Origin: a virus
DNA: 64,000 nucleotides
Virus record (IMG/VR): IMGVR_UViG_3300045988_143931
Coordinates: 32,001 to 96,000 of that record
Strand: one strand, 5' to 3'
Shown here in pieces: positions 34,602 through 43,833 of this stretch (its first letter is position 1; every line of letters begins with the position of its first letter). Under the pieces are notes generated by a model. The model saw only the letters and a program-made list of their open reading frames with translations, made no database searches and was not told where the DNA came from. The translations under genes and the position numbers were made by a program.

Positions 34602-35120
34602 TTAATTGAATGGCATATACTCTTCATCCTCTTCACCATTTTCCTTAAAAATATCGTCATCTTCTCCATTATCAATACAAGTATCATAACCATCATTTCC
34701 AATTGTAAAATGTTGAAGAAAATCAACTTCAATAAAATTCGCCATTTCTTGAATTTTTCTTGTGATATTAATATCATTTACACTTGCATCTTTTGAACCA
34801 TTTGGATGATTATGAGCTACAATAAATTTATTCGCACCAGACAATAATAGAAATATTGCAAGCTCTCTCATTTTTATTATAGAAGTATCTGCTGTTCCAT
34901 GTGATAGTTCAAATACTCCTTGTGGAATCATTTGACAATTAAATGACATAATATAAACATATTCTTCTTCAAGATATTTCGTTTCAAATACTTGATTAAA
35001 AAAATCCACCATTTTATCATATGAAGAAAAATCCGAATTCCATTGAATTTTCTCTTTCTCTTTTAACATAGGTAAATTATTCTCTTTATTCCTAAATGTA
35101 ATATATCTTTTAATCTCCAT
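34602..35120 (-). CDS. RadC-like JAB/MPN domain protein
   Basis: The HNHPNGS motif (IVAHNHPNGSKDASVNDINITRKI) matches the RadC HNHPSG signature. Start moved to MEIKRYITF. Confidence 0.8.
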   Translation of the reverse strand: MEIKRYITFRNKENNLPMLKEKEKIQWNSDFSSYDKMVDFFNQVFETKYLEEEYVYIMSFNCQMIPQGVFELSHGTADTSIIKMRELAIFLLLSGANKFIVAHNHPNGSKDASVNDINITRKIQEMANFIEVDFLQHFTIGNDGYDTCIDNGEDDDIFKENGEEDEEYMPFN

Positions 35121-35133
35121 TATATATTCTCCT

Positions 35134-36153
35134 TTAAAAAATAGATTTTGCAATTATATTAGCAGCCATATCATTATACTGATTTAAATTATTTTTCAAA
35201 TATATCTTTGTTGTTTCGGTTCTAGCATGTCCTAATAACTGCTGAACCACATATATATTTTCATCTGTCTTTCCCAACATAATATTTGCAAACGAAGCCC
35301 TTAATTTATGAGGTGTTACTGAATATCCAAGAGCTTCCTTTGTATATTTTATAACAATATCAGATAATGATCTTTGTGTCATACGAGTTTTTGATTTTGA
35401 AATGAATAACGCATCTTCATTTTTATCTATTATTTTTTCTCGATCACACATCCAATCTAAAATAGCCTTTTCTAATTGAGAACTCATAGTAAAAGTCCTG
35501 TCTTTATGCCCCTTCTCAATTACACTTTTAATAATATGATTTTCAAAATCAATATCTTCAACATTGATTTCGCTTAATGCTGTTTCACGTATTCCAGTTT
35601 GCATAAATAACATCATAATTGCTCTGTCTCTTGATTTCCATTTATATTGCATAGCAACTGACCTTCTATTTCCTGCTCCACATTCTACAGCCAATAGTAC
35701 TTCTTTTAAATCATCTTCATCTAAGAATTTTCTATTAACAAAATCTTCTCCACGAACCCTTTTTATTTTATTCATAGGATTTTCAGTTATATAATCATTC
35801 TCCGTTAAGAAATCAAAAAAACTTTTTAATACACTATGATAACATTTCCTGTAAGATAATGAAGATTGTTTTTTATTTCCATTATTATCTGTTATATATT
35901 CTATTGAATCCAAAAAACGAGTAATGTCAAACTTTGTTATTTCAATAACTTTAATATGTTTAATATCACTCGGATTAATGTAATATAAAAATTTTGCTAT
36001 TTTTCTTATATATTCTCTACATGCTGTTGGTTGCCTTCCTGATTTAAATTCATAATAATATTCTGTTACATATTGTGGTAATAAAGACAATATTTCTTTT
36101 ATATTTTTTTCTATTTGTAATGAATGTTCTAATCTACCTTTCATTTTTATCAC
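35134..36153 (-). CDS. tyrosine recombinase/integrase B (start possibly ATG at 36144)
   Basis: Catalytic pattern: QTGIRETAL (R), TPHKLRASFAN (HxLR), LGHARTETTKIYL (H...Y). Confidence 0.85.
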   Translation of the reverse strand: MIKMKGRLEHSLQIEKNIKEILSLLPQYVTEYYYEFKSGRQPTACREYIRKIAKFLYYINPSDIKHIKVIEITKFDITRFLDSIEYITDNNGNKKQSSLSYRKCYHSVLKSFFDFLTENDYITENPMNKIKRVRGEDFVNRKFLDEDDLKEVLLAVECGAGNRRSVAMQYKWKSRDRAIMMLFMQTGIRETALSEINVEDIDFENHIIKSVIEKGHKDRTFTMSSQLEKAILDWMCDREKIIDKNEDALFISKSKTRMTQRSLSDIVIKYTKEALGYSVTPHKLRASFANIMLGKTDENIYVVQQLLGHARTETTKIYLKNNLNQYNDMAANIIAKSIF

Positions 36154-36159
36154 CGTCCT

Positions 36160-36516
36160 TTATAGCAGCATATTATTTAATTTTTCAATATTATTTAATA
36201 AGTTTTTTAAACTGTTAGTGGCATCTTCAATTGTTTTAGATAAATCTTCTACATCTTCATCTTCTTTTTTATCAGTTTCCTTGTTTAAGCAGTCTTCAAA
36301 AACATGACCACCATTTTCAACATACATATTAAACAACATATCACCTGGAACTGTTTCAAATAATTTTCCATTATGATAAATCTCGTAATCAGGTACTTCA
36401 TTTATAGGTGCTTTAAATCTAAATATACATAAAATAGCAAATTGCGTATCATCATAACTGTCGAAATAATTTTTTTTCTCTGGTTTATCACTTGCAATAT
36501 AACACCATTCTTTCAT
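36160..36516 (-). CDS. hypothetical acidic protein (118 aa)
   Basis: Start moved to MKEWCYIAS, which has SD AAAGGAGA. Confidence 0.6.
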   Translation of the reverse strand: MKEWCYIASDKPEKKNYFDSYDDTQFAILCIFRFKAPINEVPDYEIYHNGKLFETVPGDMLFNMYVENGGHVFEDCLNKETDKKEDEDVEDLSKTIEDATNSLKNLLNNIEKLNNMLL

Positions 36517-36529
36517 TATTTTATCTCCT

Positions 36530-37291
36530 TTATTTTTCACTTCGTCTATATTTTACTCTTGCCTCCCCCTCATCTATAAATTTATCTTTTAAAGAGTCAG
36601 CCATTGGGCGTAAAGTTGTTTCGTAATATAATTTTTGTTTATACCACGTACTATATGGTTCAGCCATATGTTCATAATATTCTTTTACATATTTATGGAA
36701 AAATTTATTTATATCTTCTATTAAAGCACCTTGACCAAGCATTTGTTCAATTGTTCCATCTGATAATCGAACAATTTTCTTTGTTTCAGGATTAAATAAT
36801 ACGGAAAATGATTGTTGACAAATTCCATAACCAGACCATAAATGTAACATTTTATAATGTTCTTCAGTAAAAATCATATATCTTTCAACGTATAATTTCC
36901 CCGTTTTAAAATCTTTATATTTTATTCCTGGATATTCCTCTTTTCTATGCTCATTGTCTCCGTATTTAATATGTGTTCTATCACTTTCCCCTCGTAATGC
37001 TTTCGCTTTTTCTTCCTGATATTTTTGCTCAACTCTACCAGCTGTAATATTTTGAGTATATCTACCAGTTTGTGCATCTTTAAGCCAAACATCACCATTA
37101 TAATCTCTCTCAGTTACCATAATATGATTGGTAGACAAGTCTCTTTTGTTCATATTATGATCTAAATAAGTGTTGGTTTCATTGTTTCTATATCTCGTCT
37201 TATGATCATTGTCTTCTATAGCATTTTTTACATCATTGACACCTTTACAACCAATTCCAAATATTGTATAAAATAATCCGAATAAACTCAT
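36530..37291 (-). CDS. hypothetical protein with hydrophobic N-terminus (253 aa)
   Basis: ORF track. SD AAAGGCGG. N-terminus is MSLFGLFYTIFGIG. Confidence 0.65.
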   Translation of the reverse strand: MSLFGLFYTIFGIGCKGVNDVKNAIEDNDHKTRYRNNETNTYLDHNMNKRDLSTNHIMVTERDYNGDVWLKDAQTGRYTQNITAGRVEQKYQEEKAKALRGESDRTHIKYGDNEHRKEEYPGIKYKDFKTGKLYVERYMIFTEEHYKMLHLWSGYGICQQSFSVLFNPETKKIVRLSDGTIEQMLGQGALIEDINKFFHKYVKEYYEHMAEPYSTWYKQKLYYETTLRPMADSLKDKFIDEGEARVKYRRSEK

Positions 37292-37309
37292 ATAATTAAC
37301 CGCCTTTTT

Positions 37310-37465
37310 TATCTATGATTAATTCTATCTTTATAATCTTCACCAAAATTTTTTCTCATAAATTCTTCTGCATTTCTTTCTGCATTATTTTTTTCTTCTT
37401 TTTTATTATCTATAAATATTGTGATTGCAAACATTAATATTATTATACTTATAGCTGTACCCATA
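37310..37465 (-). CDS. 51-aa single-TM protein, hand-called
   Basis: SD AGGAGGA. Product MGTAISIIILMFAITIFIDNKKEEKNNAERNAEEFMRKNFGEDYKDRINHR. Confidence 0.5.
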
Positions 37466-37519
37466 ATCCATATCCTCCTATTTAACTATTCACATCTCAT
37501 TATTACTATTCTAATTCTA

Positions 37520-37744
37520 TCATATGATTTTAAATTTTGCACTATATATCCAAGTATTAAAATGATCCATAGTAATGAATTTTAATACATCCTCAAATCC
37601 CTTTATTACATCGGTTGCAAACAAAAATCCTTTACTGTATCCCTCGTAATTATTATTAGGAATAATTGTAAGATATTTTCCATTCTTATGTATCTCGTGA
37701 CCTCTATTTTCCATCTCTTTCTTGAATTCTTTATAATCTATCAT
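37520..37744 (-). CDS. hypothetical protein (74 aa)
   Basis: ORF track. ATG chosen over the GTG. Confidence 0.55.
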   Translation of the reverse strand: MIDYKEFKKEMENRGHEIHKNGKYLTIIPNNNYEGYSKGFLFATDVIKGFEDVLKFITMDHFNTWIYSAKFKII

Positions 37745-37763
37745 ACTAAACACAACCTTTCTT

Positions 37764-37807
37764 AATAAAAATAAAAGAAGTGAATGACAATATGGTTATT
37801 CACTTCT
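37764..37807 (-). terminator. rho-independent terminator
   Basis: AGAAGTGAAT/ATTCACTTCT 10-bp stem followed by TTTTATTTTTATT on the minus strand. Confidence 0.8.
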
Positions 37808-37843
37808 TTATTCTCCACTATGTATCTATTAAAGAGAAAATGT

Positions 37844-38101
37844 TTATTCCCATTCTCCATTTGTTTTAATCTTGTTAATTACAGGTATTGCTATTTCCTG
37901 CATTACCTGTTTCAGCTCATCCTGCGAAGCTTTTCTTTCCTGTGCTTCGACAAGCTTTGTTGCATCAGTAGGAACTTCACATTTATATTCCATTGAATAT
38001 AATATTATTGCCTCATAAAATTTAGAAACATCTACCGTTTCCACTGCAAACTGAATCTTATGCAACAATTCTGTTTTATTTGCCTGTTCTTCATTAAGCA
38101 T
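37844..38101 (-). CDS. hypothetical protein (85 aa)
   Basis: ORF track. SD AAAGGAGGAG. Confidence 0.6.
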   Translation of the reverse strand: MLNEEQANKTELLHKIQFAVETVDVSKFYEAIILYSMEYKCEVPTDATKLVEAQERKASQDELKQVMQEIAIPVINKIKTNGEWE

Positions 38102-38132
38102 ATTTACTCCTCCTTTCTATTATTATGTATTA

Positions 38133-38351
38133 TTATATCACTATTGCTAATTCCTGCATAGTTTCTATTTTTTCTGTAGCAATTTCTTTACCTTCTGCAA
38201 TAGTCATACAAGAACATAATCTTGTCCATGCATTATAAGCTGTGTTGAATATCATTACATCATACTTCTGATTGAATGAATTAATTTCCATTCCAGCCGT
38301 ATATCTATTCACTATACGTATTTTTATTCCATTTACTCTAAAGTTTCTCAT
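38133..38351 (-). CDS. hypothetical protein (72 aa)
   Basis: ORF track. ATG start chosen. Confidence 0.55.
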   Translation of the reverse strand: MRNFRVNGIKIRIVNRYTAGMEINSFNQKYDVMIFNTAYNAWTRLCSCMTIAEGKEIATEKIETMQELAIVI

Positions 38352-38392
38352 TACAATCACAACCTTTCACTGTAAATTATCCATTCCTTTCA

Positions 38393-38436
38393 ATAAAAAA
38401 AAGAGACTGGATATTTTTTAATCTTTCCAATCTCTT
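38393..38436 (-). terminator. rho-independent terminator
   Basis: 11-bp stem with one mismatch (38401-38411 with 38426-38436) followed by T8 on the minus strand. Confidence 0.75.
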
Positions 38437-38463
38437 AAATGTTCTCTCTAAATTATTCAATTA

Positions 38464-38736
38464 TTACAAAATTTCATTTTGCTTTTCTAATAAAATTAAT
38501 AATGCACTCATTGTCATTTTCTGTATGTATTCATCTTTATCCAATTCTTTTTCAGTTATTGGCTGATCTTCATCAATAAAATCATAATTTACATACAATG
38601 TAACTCCTGAATTATCCTTGCACCATACTGCAACAACTTTGTCACCACCAAATTCTACAATATCTTCTTTAAGCTCTTTGATTAATTCCGAACATTCATA
38701 ACTAATTCCCAAACCTTGTTCATTTATAAATGCCAT
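38464..38736 (-). CDS. hypothetical acidic protein (90 aa)
   Basis: ORF track. SD GGAGGG. Confidence 0.6.
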   Translation of the reverse strand: MAFINEQGLGISYECSELIKELKEDIVEFGGDKVVAVWCKDNSGVTLYVNYDFIDEDQPITEKELDKDEYIQKMTMSALLILLEKQNEIL

Positions 38737-38739
38737 TAT

Positions 38740-39255
38740 TTATCCCTCCAAATTTTTTATAAATCTAAATCCGTTTGCCGTAGTTTTCTTTTTAGAACCA
38801 TCCTTACGATAAAACCAATTGCCTTTTATAATACCTTCTTCAATAACTTCTGTTACTACTGGATGTTTTCTAGTACCAGACCATTCTAAGAAAGCACATT
38901 CCCATCTTTCTTCTGAAGGCTTAGATTCCATTCTTTTCTCTTTTTTATAATCTAAAAGCAATTCCTCAATTTTATCATCTGTCAAATTTTCTATTCTATT
39001 AATATCAAGCGAATAGAATTCTGTTTTATTATAGTGATTACTTGTATGATGCCATAAAGAATATCTCAAGCAAACTTCTTTCAATACTTTTATAGGAAGT
39101 CTTCTTAACTTCTCAATTGAACATTTCAATTCAATTTCTGTATCTTTAATTGTATCAAAAATATTTGCCTTTGTCCACTTACTTAATGGTTTCTCACCAT
39201 CTTCATAAGCTGCAACTGCATTGTTGCTCATCGACCATCCATTATACCCCGCCAT
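38740..39255 (-). CDS. hypothetical protein (171 aa)
   Basis: ORF track. The N-terminus WSMSNNAVAAYEDGEKPLSKW looks like a conserved phage or plasmid motif, but no family is named. Confidence 0.65.
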   Translation of the reverse strand: MAGYNGWSMSNNAVAAYEDGEKPLSKWTKANIFDTIKDTEIELKCSIEKLRRLPIKVLKEVCLRYSLWHHTSNHYNKTEFYSLDINRIENLTDDKIEELLLDYKKEKRMESKPSEERWECAFLEWSGTRKHPVVTEVIEEGIIKGNWFYRKDGSKKKTTANGFRFIKNLEG

Positions 39256-39291
39256 ATTATCAACCTTCTTTCTTACATATTATATCACACT

Positions 39292-39486
39292 TTATTTCTC
39301 ATCCTCAATATCTTCTAAGCTGTCAATTCCTAACTCATCCATAATATCATCACAAAGACAACTTCCATCGCATTCAGCTCCATCATACATAACAGTCATC
39401 TCTTCAATATTTAAAACATAACGACTTTCTTTCTGTTGCTTAAATAATTTTAGTACCTGTCTTAATAAATATTCTTTCCTATCCAT
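39292..39486 (-). CDS. hypothetical acidic protein (64 aa)
   Basis: Start moved to MDRKEYLL, which has SD AAAGGTGG. Confidence 0.55.
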   Translation of the reverse strand: MDRKEYLLRQVLKLFKQQKESRYVLNIEEMTVMYDGAECDGSCLCDDIMDELGIDSLEDIEDEK

Positions 39487-39504
39487 AAATTTTACCACCT
39501 TTCC

Positions 39505-39660
39505 TTAAACAAATTCAATGACAATTGCCTTATAAAATACTCCATCGACATTCTCAATCAATATTGTTTCATCCTGATCGCCTGTCATTATTATTATATC
39601 TTTCACATCTAATTCAATTTCTTCATTATTAAATAATAAGTCTTTAAATCTAATTTTCAT
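39505..39660 (-). CDS. hypothetical protein (51 aa)
   Basis: Start moved to MKIRFKDLL, which has SD GGAGAG. Confidence 0.5.
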   Translation of the reverse strand: MKIRFKDLLFNNEEIELDVKDIIIMTGDQDETILIENVDGVFYKAIVIEFV

Positions 39661-39696
39661 ATAATTTACTCTCCGAAATGTGCTTTTCATCTGGTT

Positions 39697-39906
39697 TTAT
39701 AATTCTAATAAAGAATACGCAACTCTTTCTCTTAATTCATCAATACATTCATTAGGAGTTTTAAATTCTTTAGTTTTTAATCTTGTCCCATTTTTAATTC
39801 CACCACTAACAGAATAAAGTTTCTGTCCTGTTTCCAATGTAATGATATTAATGGAAACACTCTCGTTTTTTACTTCAATAAAGTCTGTTCCAAATATATT
39901 TATCAT
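39697..39906 (-). CDS. hypothetical protein (69 aa)
   Basis: ORF track. SD GGAGG. Confidence 0.6.
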   Translation of the reverse strand: MINIFGTDFIEVKNESVSINIITLETGQKLYSVSGGIKNGTRLKTKEFKTPNECIDELRERVAYSLLEL

Positions 39907-39942
39907 ATTATTAACCTCCGATTCAATCTTGAAATTTCCGTT

Positions 39943-40164
39943 TCATTGCCCAACTTTTATTTCGCTTCTGTCATAATTAGTCTGTATTCCAACAATTCCT
40001 TTTGGACTTTCACATAAAGCCCATCCAAAAGCAAGACAATTATGTAATCTAATGTCAGCTATATCTCTATCGCAACCATAATTATTAACAAGATAATCAA
40101 TTATCTCTTTATCAAAATCTTCTGGATATTTCTGTCCTATATAAAATACTTTTTCTACTTTCAT
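39943..40164 (-). CDS. hypothetical protein (73 aa)
   Basis: ORF track. Confidence 0.55.
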   Translation of the reverse strand: MKVEKVFYIGQKYPEDFDKEIIDYLVNNYGCDRDIADIRLHNCLAFGWALCESPKGIVGIQTNYDRSEIKVGQ

Positions 40165-40180
40165 ATATAATCATTCCTAT

Positions 40181-40411
40181 CTAATTTAATTCCTGTTTAC
40201 ATTCTTCTAACAAATCGTCTACGGTCATTCCATCTGTATTTCTCCACCATAATTGTAAATTATCGTCTTGCGTGTTGACTTCTGCTAAAGGATCATCGAG
40301 CATTGGAATATTTTCATTATCACTTTGCATATCCTGTACAAATGCTTTCTTTGAATCCCATTCGTATTCCACATATTTCCCATCACAATTAATAACAACT
40401 ATATTCAACAT
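40181..40411 (-). CDS. hypothetical acidic protein (76 aa)
   Basis: ORF track. SD GGAGGAA. Confidence 0.6.
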   Translation of the reverse strand: MLNIVVINCDGKYVEYEWDSKKAFVQDMQSDNENIPMLDDPLAEVNTQDDNLQLWWRNTDGMTVDDLLEECKQELN

Positions 40412-40448
40412 AATATTTCCTCCAATCTGTCAGTAAATCATCGTTTCT

Positions 40449-40658
40449 TTAACTTTTCCCGATATTCCAAATATGCATCCGTTTATCTTCACTTACATAT
40501 TCATCTCCCTCTTTCGAGGATTTAGTCCATATAGACACTTTTTCTACTTCTTTCTTTCCATATTCAAGTTCGACATCTGCAAGAAGTTCTGGTAATGTAT
40601 CTATAAAACCATACCCACCATTTCCTGTATCTACTTCAATTCTATATTCATCATTCAT
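40449..40658 (-). CDS. hypothetical protein (69 aa)
   Basis: Start moved to MNDEYRIEV, which has SD GGAGAA. Confidence 0.55.
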   Translation of the reverse strand: MNDEYRIEVDTGNGGYGFIDTLPELLADVELEYGKKEVEKVSIWTKSSKEGDEYVSEDKRMHIWNIGKS

Positions 40659-40689
40659 AATATTTTTCTCCAATCTTCATAGTAAATCC

Positions 40690-40869
40690 TCATTTCATAT
40701 TATTCTCAATTTCTTTTAGTCTCTCTTCTGAACCGCCAAATTCGTAACACTTACATGGTTCATTATCAACAGATACATCCTTTCCGTATTTCTTTCCGAA
40801 ACATCTTCCAAGCCATTCTTTTCTACATAGTTGGCAGTTATGCATATTCATTTCATGTGTTATGTGCAT
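40690..40869 (-). CDS. hypothetical Cys-containing protein (59 aa)
   Basis: Start moved to MHITHEMN, which has SD AAGGAG. Confidence 0.55.
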   Translation of the reverse strand: MHITHEMNMHNCQLCRKEWLGRCFGKKYGKDVSVDNEPCKCYEFGGSEERLKEIENNMK

Positions 40870-40894
40870 AATTATCACTCCTTTTCATATGATT

Positions 40895-41158
40895 TTATTT
40901 TCCTAATTTTCTTCCACATTCGGGACAATACTTAATAGGGATGTAAATAGCACCAACACCTTCGCCATTAAAATAACCAGGACAAGTGAGAATTAATTCT
41001 GGTATAGCTGTTTGGTAATCGTGAATCACACCATCCCATTTATCATTTTCTAATACATTTCCATTCAATCTACCTTCGTTTAGATTATTACTATGGTATG
41101 GAAGTTTCGGTTGTTCCCATCCAAATTTTACATCTGTTCTTCTTTCGCAATATGTGCA
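40895..41158 (-). CDS. zinc-ribbon protein (87 aa), paralog of 4192..4368
   Basis: MCTYCERR...YCPECGRKLGK. SD GGAGGAA. Confidence 0.6.
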   Translation of the reverse strand, partial: CTYCERRTDVKFGWEQPKLPYHSNNLNEGRLNGNVLENDKWDGVIHDYQTAIPELILTCPGYFNGEGVGAIYIPIKYCPECGRKLGK

Positions 41159-41184
41159 CATAATAATTCCTCCAATCTTACCAT

Positions 41185-41385
41185 TCACCTTAATACAATT
41201 AACTTTGTTTCTTCTACATATTTTCTTGCAGCATCATATCCATTTCTATTAAACTCACCTTCAATACTAAACCAAAGTGAATCTAAAAAATTTGGAATAG
41301 ATGCGAAATCTTTATTTGGATATTTTTCTCTATATCGTTTATACGCTATTTTATACAATTCATCTACTAAATCACGTTTCATCAT
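41185..41385 (-). CDS. hypothetical protein (66 aa)
   Basis: Start moved to MMKRDLVDEL, which has SD CGGAGGA. Confidence 0.55.
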   Translation of the reverse strand: MMKRDLVDELYKIAYKRYREKYPNKDFASIPNFLDSLWFSIEGEFNRNGYDAARKYVEETKLIVLR

Positions 41386-41429
41386 ATATCCTCCGTTCTT
41401 ACAAAGAAACTCTTGTTTCAATCCACTAC

Positions 41430-41747
41430 TTACACATACTGTACATACCATCCACAGGGAAGTTGCCATACAGAACCATGTTCATCATCTTCTAATTCTT
41501 TTTTCAGTTCTTCTTCTGTAAGACCGTCACTCTGATCCTTTTCGCTTTCTACAAGGTCTTCCCATGTTTGATATGTATAAAAGCAATCATCATACATATT
41601 TATGTAATCATCTGCTGTCTGTAATTCTTTTCGGGATATTTTGTTGAATAACTCCATTAACTCTTTGACTGCTTGTAAGTTATTCCAGTACACACAATTT
41701 GAAATTCCTTCAGCTACTTTTTTAATTGCTTCATCTGTAATTAACAT
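41430..41747 (-). CDS. hypothetical acidic protein (105 aa)
   Basis: ORF track. SD AGGAGTG. Confidence 0.6.
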   Translation of the reverse strand: MLITDEAIKKVAEGISNCVYWNNLQAVKELMELFNKISRKELQTADDYINMYDDCFYTYQTWEDLVESEKDQSDGLTEEELKKELEDDEHGSVWQLPCGWYVQYV

Positions 41748-41760
41748 ATCTCATCACTCC

Positions 41761-42141
41761 TTAATCTACTTGAATAATTAATCTAATCTGTTTACCACCA
41801 GCACAGTCAATGATAATTCCATTGTCTACTGTTACTAAGCTATCTTTGAATACTCTAACTCTTTCAATATCAGGAGCATCACCTGTTTCCATTTTACTCG
41901 TCAAGAAATCAAATAACTCTTCCTCAACTGATTCCTTTGTAACTTCTTTTACAATCTCAAATCCATTGTGGCAAAAACCAGTCTCATCAGACAACCAATC
42001 AGAAATTTCTTCGGTTGTATACTCTCTATCTGCACTATAATATTCTGCCAATTCATCAGGAATAATCATTTCAGTTGGCAAATCCTGCAATACTTTTTCG
42101 TCTCCGTCTGTGTCCCATTTAATATTTATTGCTTTTAACAT
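41761..42141 (-). CDS. hypothetical acidic protein (126 aa)
   Basis: ORF track. Confidence 0.6.
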   Translation of the reverse strand: MLKAINIKWDTDGDEKVLQDLPTEMIIPDELAEYYSADREYTTEEISDWLSDETGFCHNGFEIVKEVTKESVEEELFDFLTSKMETGDAPDIERVRVFKDSLVTVDNGIIIDCAGGKQIRLIIQVD

Positions 42142-42147
42142 AACTCA

Positions 42148-42492
42148 TCAACCGTCCTTTCTCTCATATAAACATATCTCTTCTGGATATGCAGCCATTT
42201 TATCTCCGTTCTCAAACTGAATGTGCCACATTGGTAAGCATTCAAGATCTGCTCCATTTTCTTTATCTTCCGTAATTTCTTTTACTCTGCCAATCACAGT
42301 AAATTTCATACCCAGATACTTCTTTTCTCCCGTATATGAAGTACCAAAAGTATCTGCAAATCCAATATGTTCATATAATTCGAAACAATCATTTACAAAA
42401 TTTCTTTCTTCACTTTCCGTCAAATCATCCCTTGTTATATATGGATTATCAAATCCATATGCTTTATGTAATTCTTTAAAATTTTTATACAT
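42148..42492 (-). CDS. hypothetical protein (114 aa)
   Basis: Start moved to MYKNFKEL, which has SD GGAGGAA. Confidence 0.6.
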   Translation of the reverse strand: MYKNFKELHKAYGFDNPYITRDDLTESEERNFVNDCFELYEHIGFADTFGTSYTGEKKYLGMKFTVIGRVKEITEDKENGADLECLPMWHIQFENGDKMAAYPEEICLYERKDG

Positions 42493-42533
42493 ATCCAATT
42501 CCTCCAATCTTAAAATGAAATTGCTATTTCTTA

Positions 42534-42716
42534 TTACAAATCATAATCGTAGTCTTCATAATTACAGTTACTTTCTGCACAAAACTCAACTGAAATCCCT
42601 GCGCCAAACTTTGCAATTAAAAGCCCTCCACATTTTGGACACCGATTGTTATTTTCTCTAATATCTTCCACAAATTTTTCATTTCTTCCAAGTTTAATAT
42701 CTTTTCTTGTTTTCAT
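42534..42716 (-). CDS. zinc-ribbon protein (60 aa)
   Basis: CPKCGG...CAESNC. SD AAGGAG lies inside the upstream stop context. Confidence 0.55.
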   Translation of the reverse strand: MKTRKDIKLGRNEKFVEDIRENNNRCPKCGGLLIAKFGAGISVEFCAESNCNYEDYDYDL

Positions 42717-42721
42717 TTCCA

Positions 42722-42970
42722 TCACTCCTTTATCATCATGTTTCTAAAGTATGCAAATACCATTATCATCGCTTTATATTTCCGTGGATGCTTCATAATA
42801 TCCTCAATTTCTTTCTCAAGACCTGCTGTATCTATATCTAATTCGCTTTTTGTAAGAAAGAATCCATTCAATCCACGAAGTTCCTCATTGCCATAAGTTT
42901 CCTTAATTTCTCTTCTTATCATTTTTGCTGTGTCTGTCGCAGCTTGCTCCAATAATTTTTGATCTACCAT
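42722..42970 (-). CDS. hypothetical protein (82 aa)
   Basis: Start moved to MVDQKLLEQ, after the GGAGTGATTAAT junction. Confidence 0.55.
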   Translation of the reverse strand: MVDQKLLEQAATDTAKMIRREIKETYGNEELRGLNGFFLTKSELDIDTAGLEKEIEDIMKHPRKYKAMIMVFAYFRNMMIKE

Positions 42971-42971
42971 A

Positions 42972-43271
42972 TTAATCACTCCAATCTTCTAATAACTCAT
43001 ATACTTCATCCTTGTTGTCATACATGTACTGATTAAAAGCTTTATAATCTCCATCTTTATCAGGAAATTCTTCTACAAACTGTTCGTACATTGTATCTGA
43101 TATAATATTTTCATCGAACAACTTGCCTTTGTATTCAAGTTCTGCGTCTGCCCATTCTCCATGTGAAATATATCCAATATCTTCAATTCCGCAATAGTTT
43201 AGGTATTCTTTCATCGGGAAGCTTGCAATTCCGTTTTTAACTACAAAATCTCTCGTTATTGTGCTTGTCAT
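42972..43271 (-). CDS. hypothetical acidic protein (99 aa)
   Basis: ORF track. SD GAAGAGGTGAG. Confidence 0.6.
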   Translation of the reverse strand: MTSTITRDFVVKNGIASFPMKEYLNYCGIEDIGYISHGEWADAELEYKGKLFDENIISDTMYEQFVEEFPDKDGDYKAFNQYMYDNKDEVYELLEDWSD

Positions 43272-43392
43272 CTTCTCACCTCTTCAATTTAGATAAATAC
43301 AAAAACATTACTGTTCCTTTCCATTTTGTGTTATAATACTAATATAGGAGTGAGGACTTACACGGCTGCGTCACCAGCCGATGCCTCTTGTG

Positions 43393-43497
43393 TTAGTAAT
43401 TCTCTTCTATGTATTCCCATGCTTCTTCCTCAGTTGGAAAAGCATTTGTACAACCTGGTACATAGAAGTCGCCGTACATTTTGTAAGGTTTAATCAC
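43393..43497 (-). CDS. 34-aa ORF, hand-called
   Basis: GTG start 7 nt after GAGGAGG. Product (M)IKPYKMYGDFYVPGCTNAFPTEEEAWEYIEENY. Confidence 0.4.
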   Translation of the reverse strand: MIKPYKMYGDFYVPGCTNAFPTEEEAWEYIEENY

Positions 43498-43520
43498 TCT
43501 AACACCTCCTCATATGTATT

Positions 43521-43555
43521 TATAGAAAAAGCAGAGATAATTAAATCTCTGCTTT
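43521..43555 (-). terminator. rho-independent terminator
   Basis: GCAGAGAT/ATCTCTGC stem followed by TTTTTCT on the minus strand. Confidence 0.7.
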
Positions 43556-43571
43556 AACTATCACTATTAAG

Positions 43572-43628
43572 TTATTCTCCACTGTCTCTTAACTGACCGC
43601 CACCATAACTGATAATATATTTAAACAT
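43572..43628 (-). CDS. 18-aa micro-ORF, hand-called (doubtful)
   Basis: Product MFKYIISYGGGQLRDSGE. It has the same GGAGAGTGATTAAG junction as neighbouring real genes and lies just before the terminator. Confidence 0.3.
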   Translation of the reverse strand: MFKYIISYGGGQLRDSGE

Positions 43629-43633
43629 CTTAA

Positions 43634-43828
43634 TCACTCTCCTTTACAATTTTTCAAATAATCAGCTTTATTTTTTCTATATTCTGCTTCAATTTCGTCC
43701 AATCTTTTCTGTTCTTCATCGCACTCTTCTTGTGATTCAAATACATCATAGTAATGTGTATCTCCATCCCAACGATATCGCACAATTTTATCTTTCTCTT
43801 TATCCGTTAATTGATATACTCTGTACAT
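43634..43828 (-). CDS. hypothetical protein (64 aa)
   Basis: Start moved to MYRVYQLTD. Confidence 0.55.
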   Translation of the reverse strand: MYRVYQLTDKEKDKIVRYRWDGDTHYYDVFESQEECDEEQKRLDEIEAEYRKNKADYLKNCKGE

Positions 43829-43833
43829 TTCTA

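Noticed and set aside
34562-34777. 71-aa minus-strand track ORF overlapping the 3' end of the RadC-like gene.
   Set aside because: It is an alternative frame of a gene with clear JAB motifs, and it has no SD.
43320-43392. A GC-rich hairpin CGGCTG-cgtcac-CAGCCG with an upstream plus-strand extended -10-like TGTTATAAT, considered as an antisense RNA.
   Set aside because: The -35 is poor, there is no terminator, and it is a single short stem. The evidence is too thin to call.
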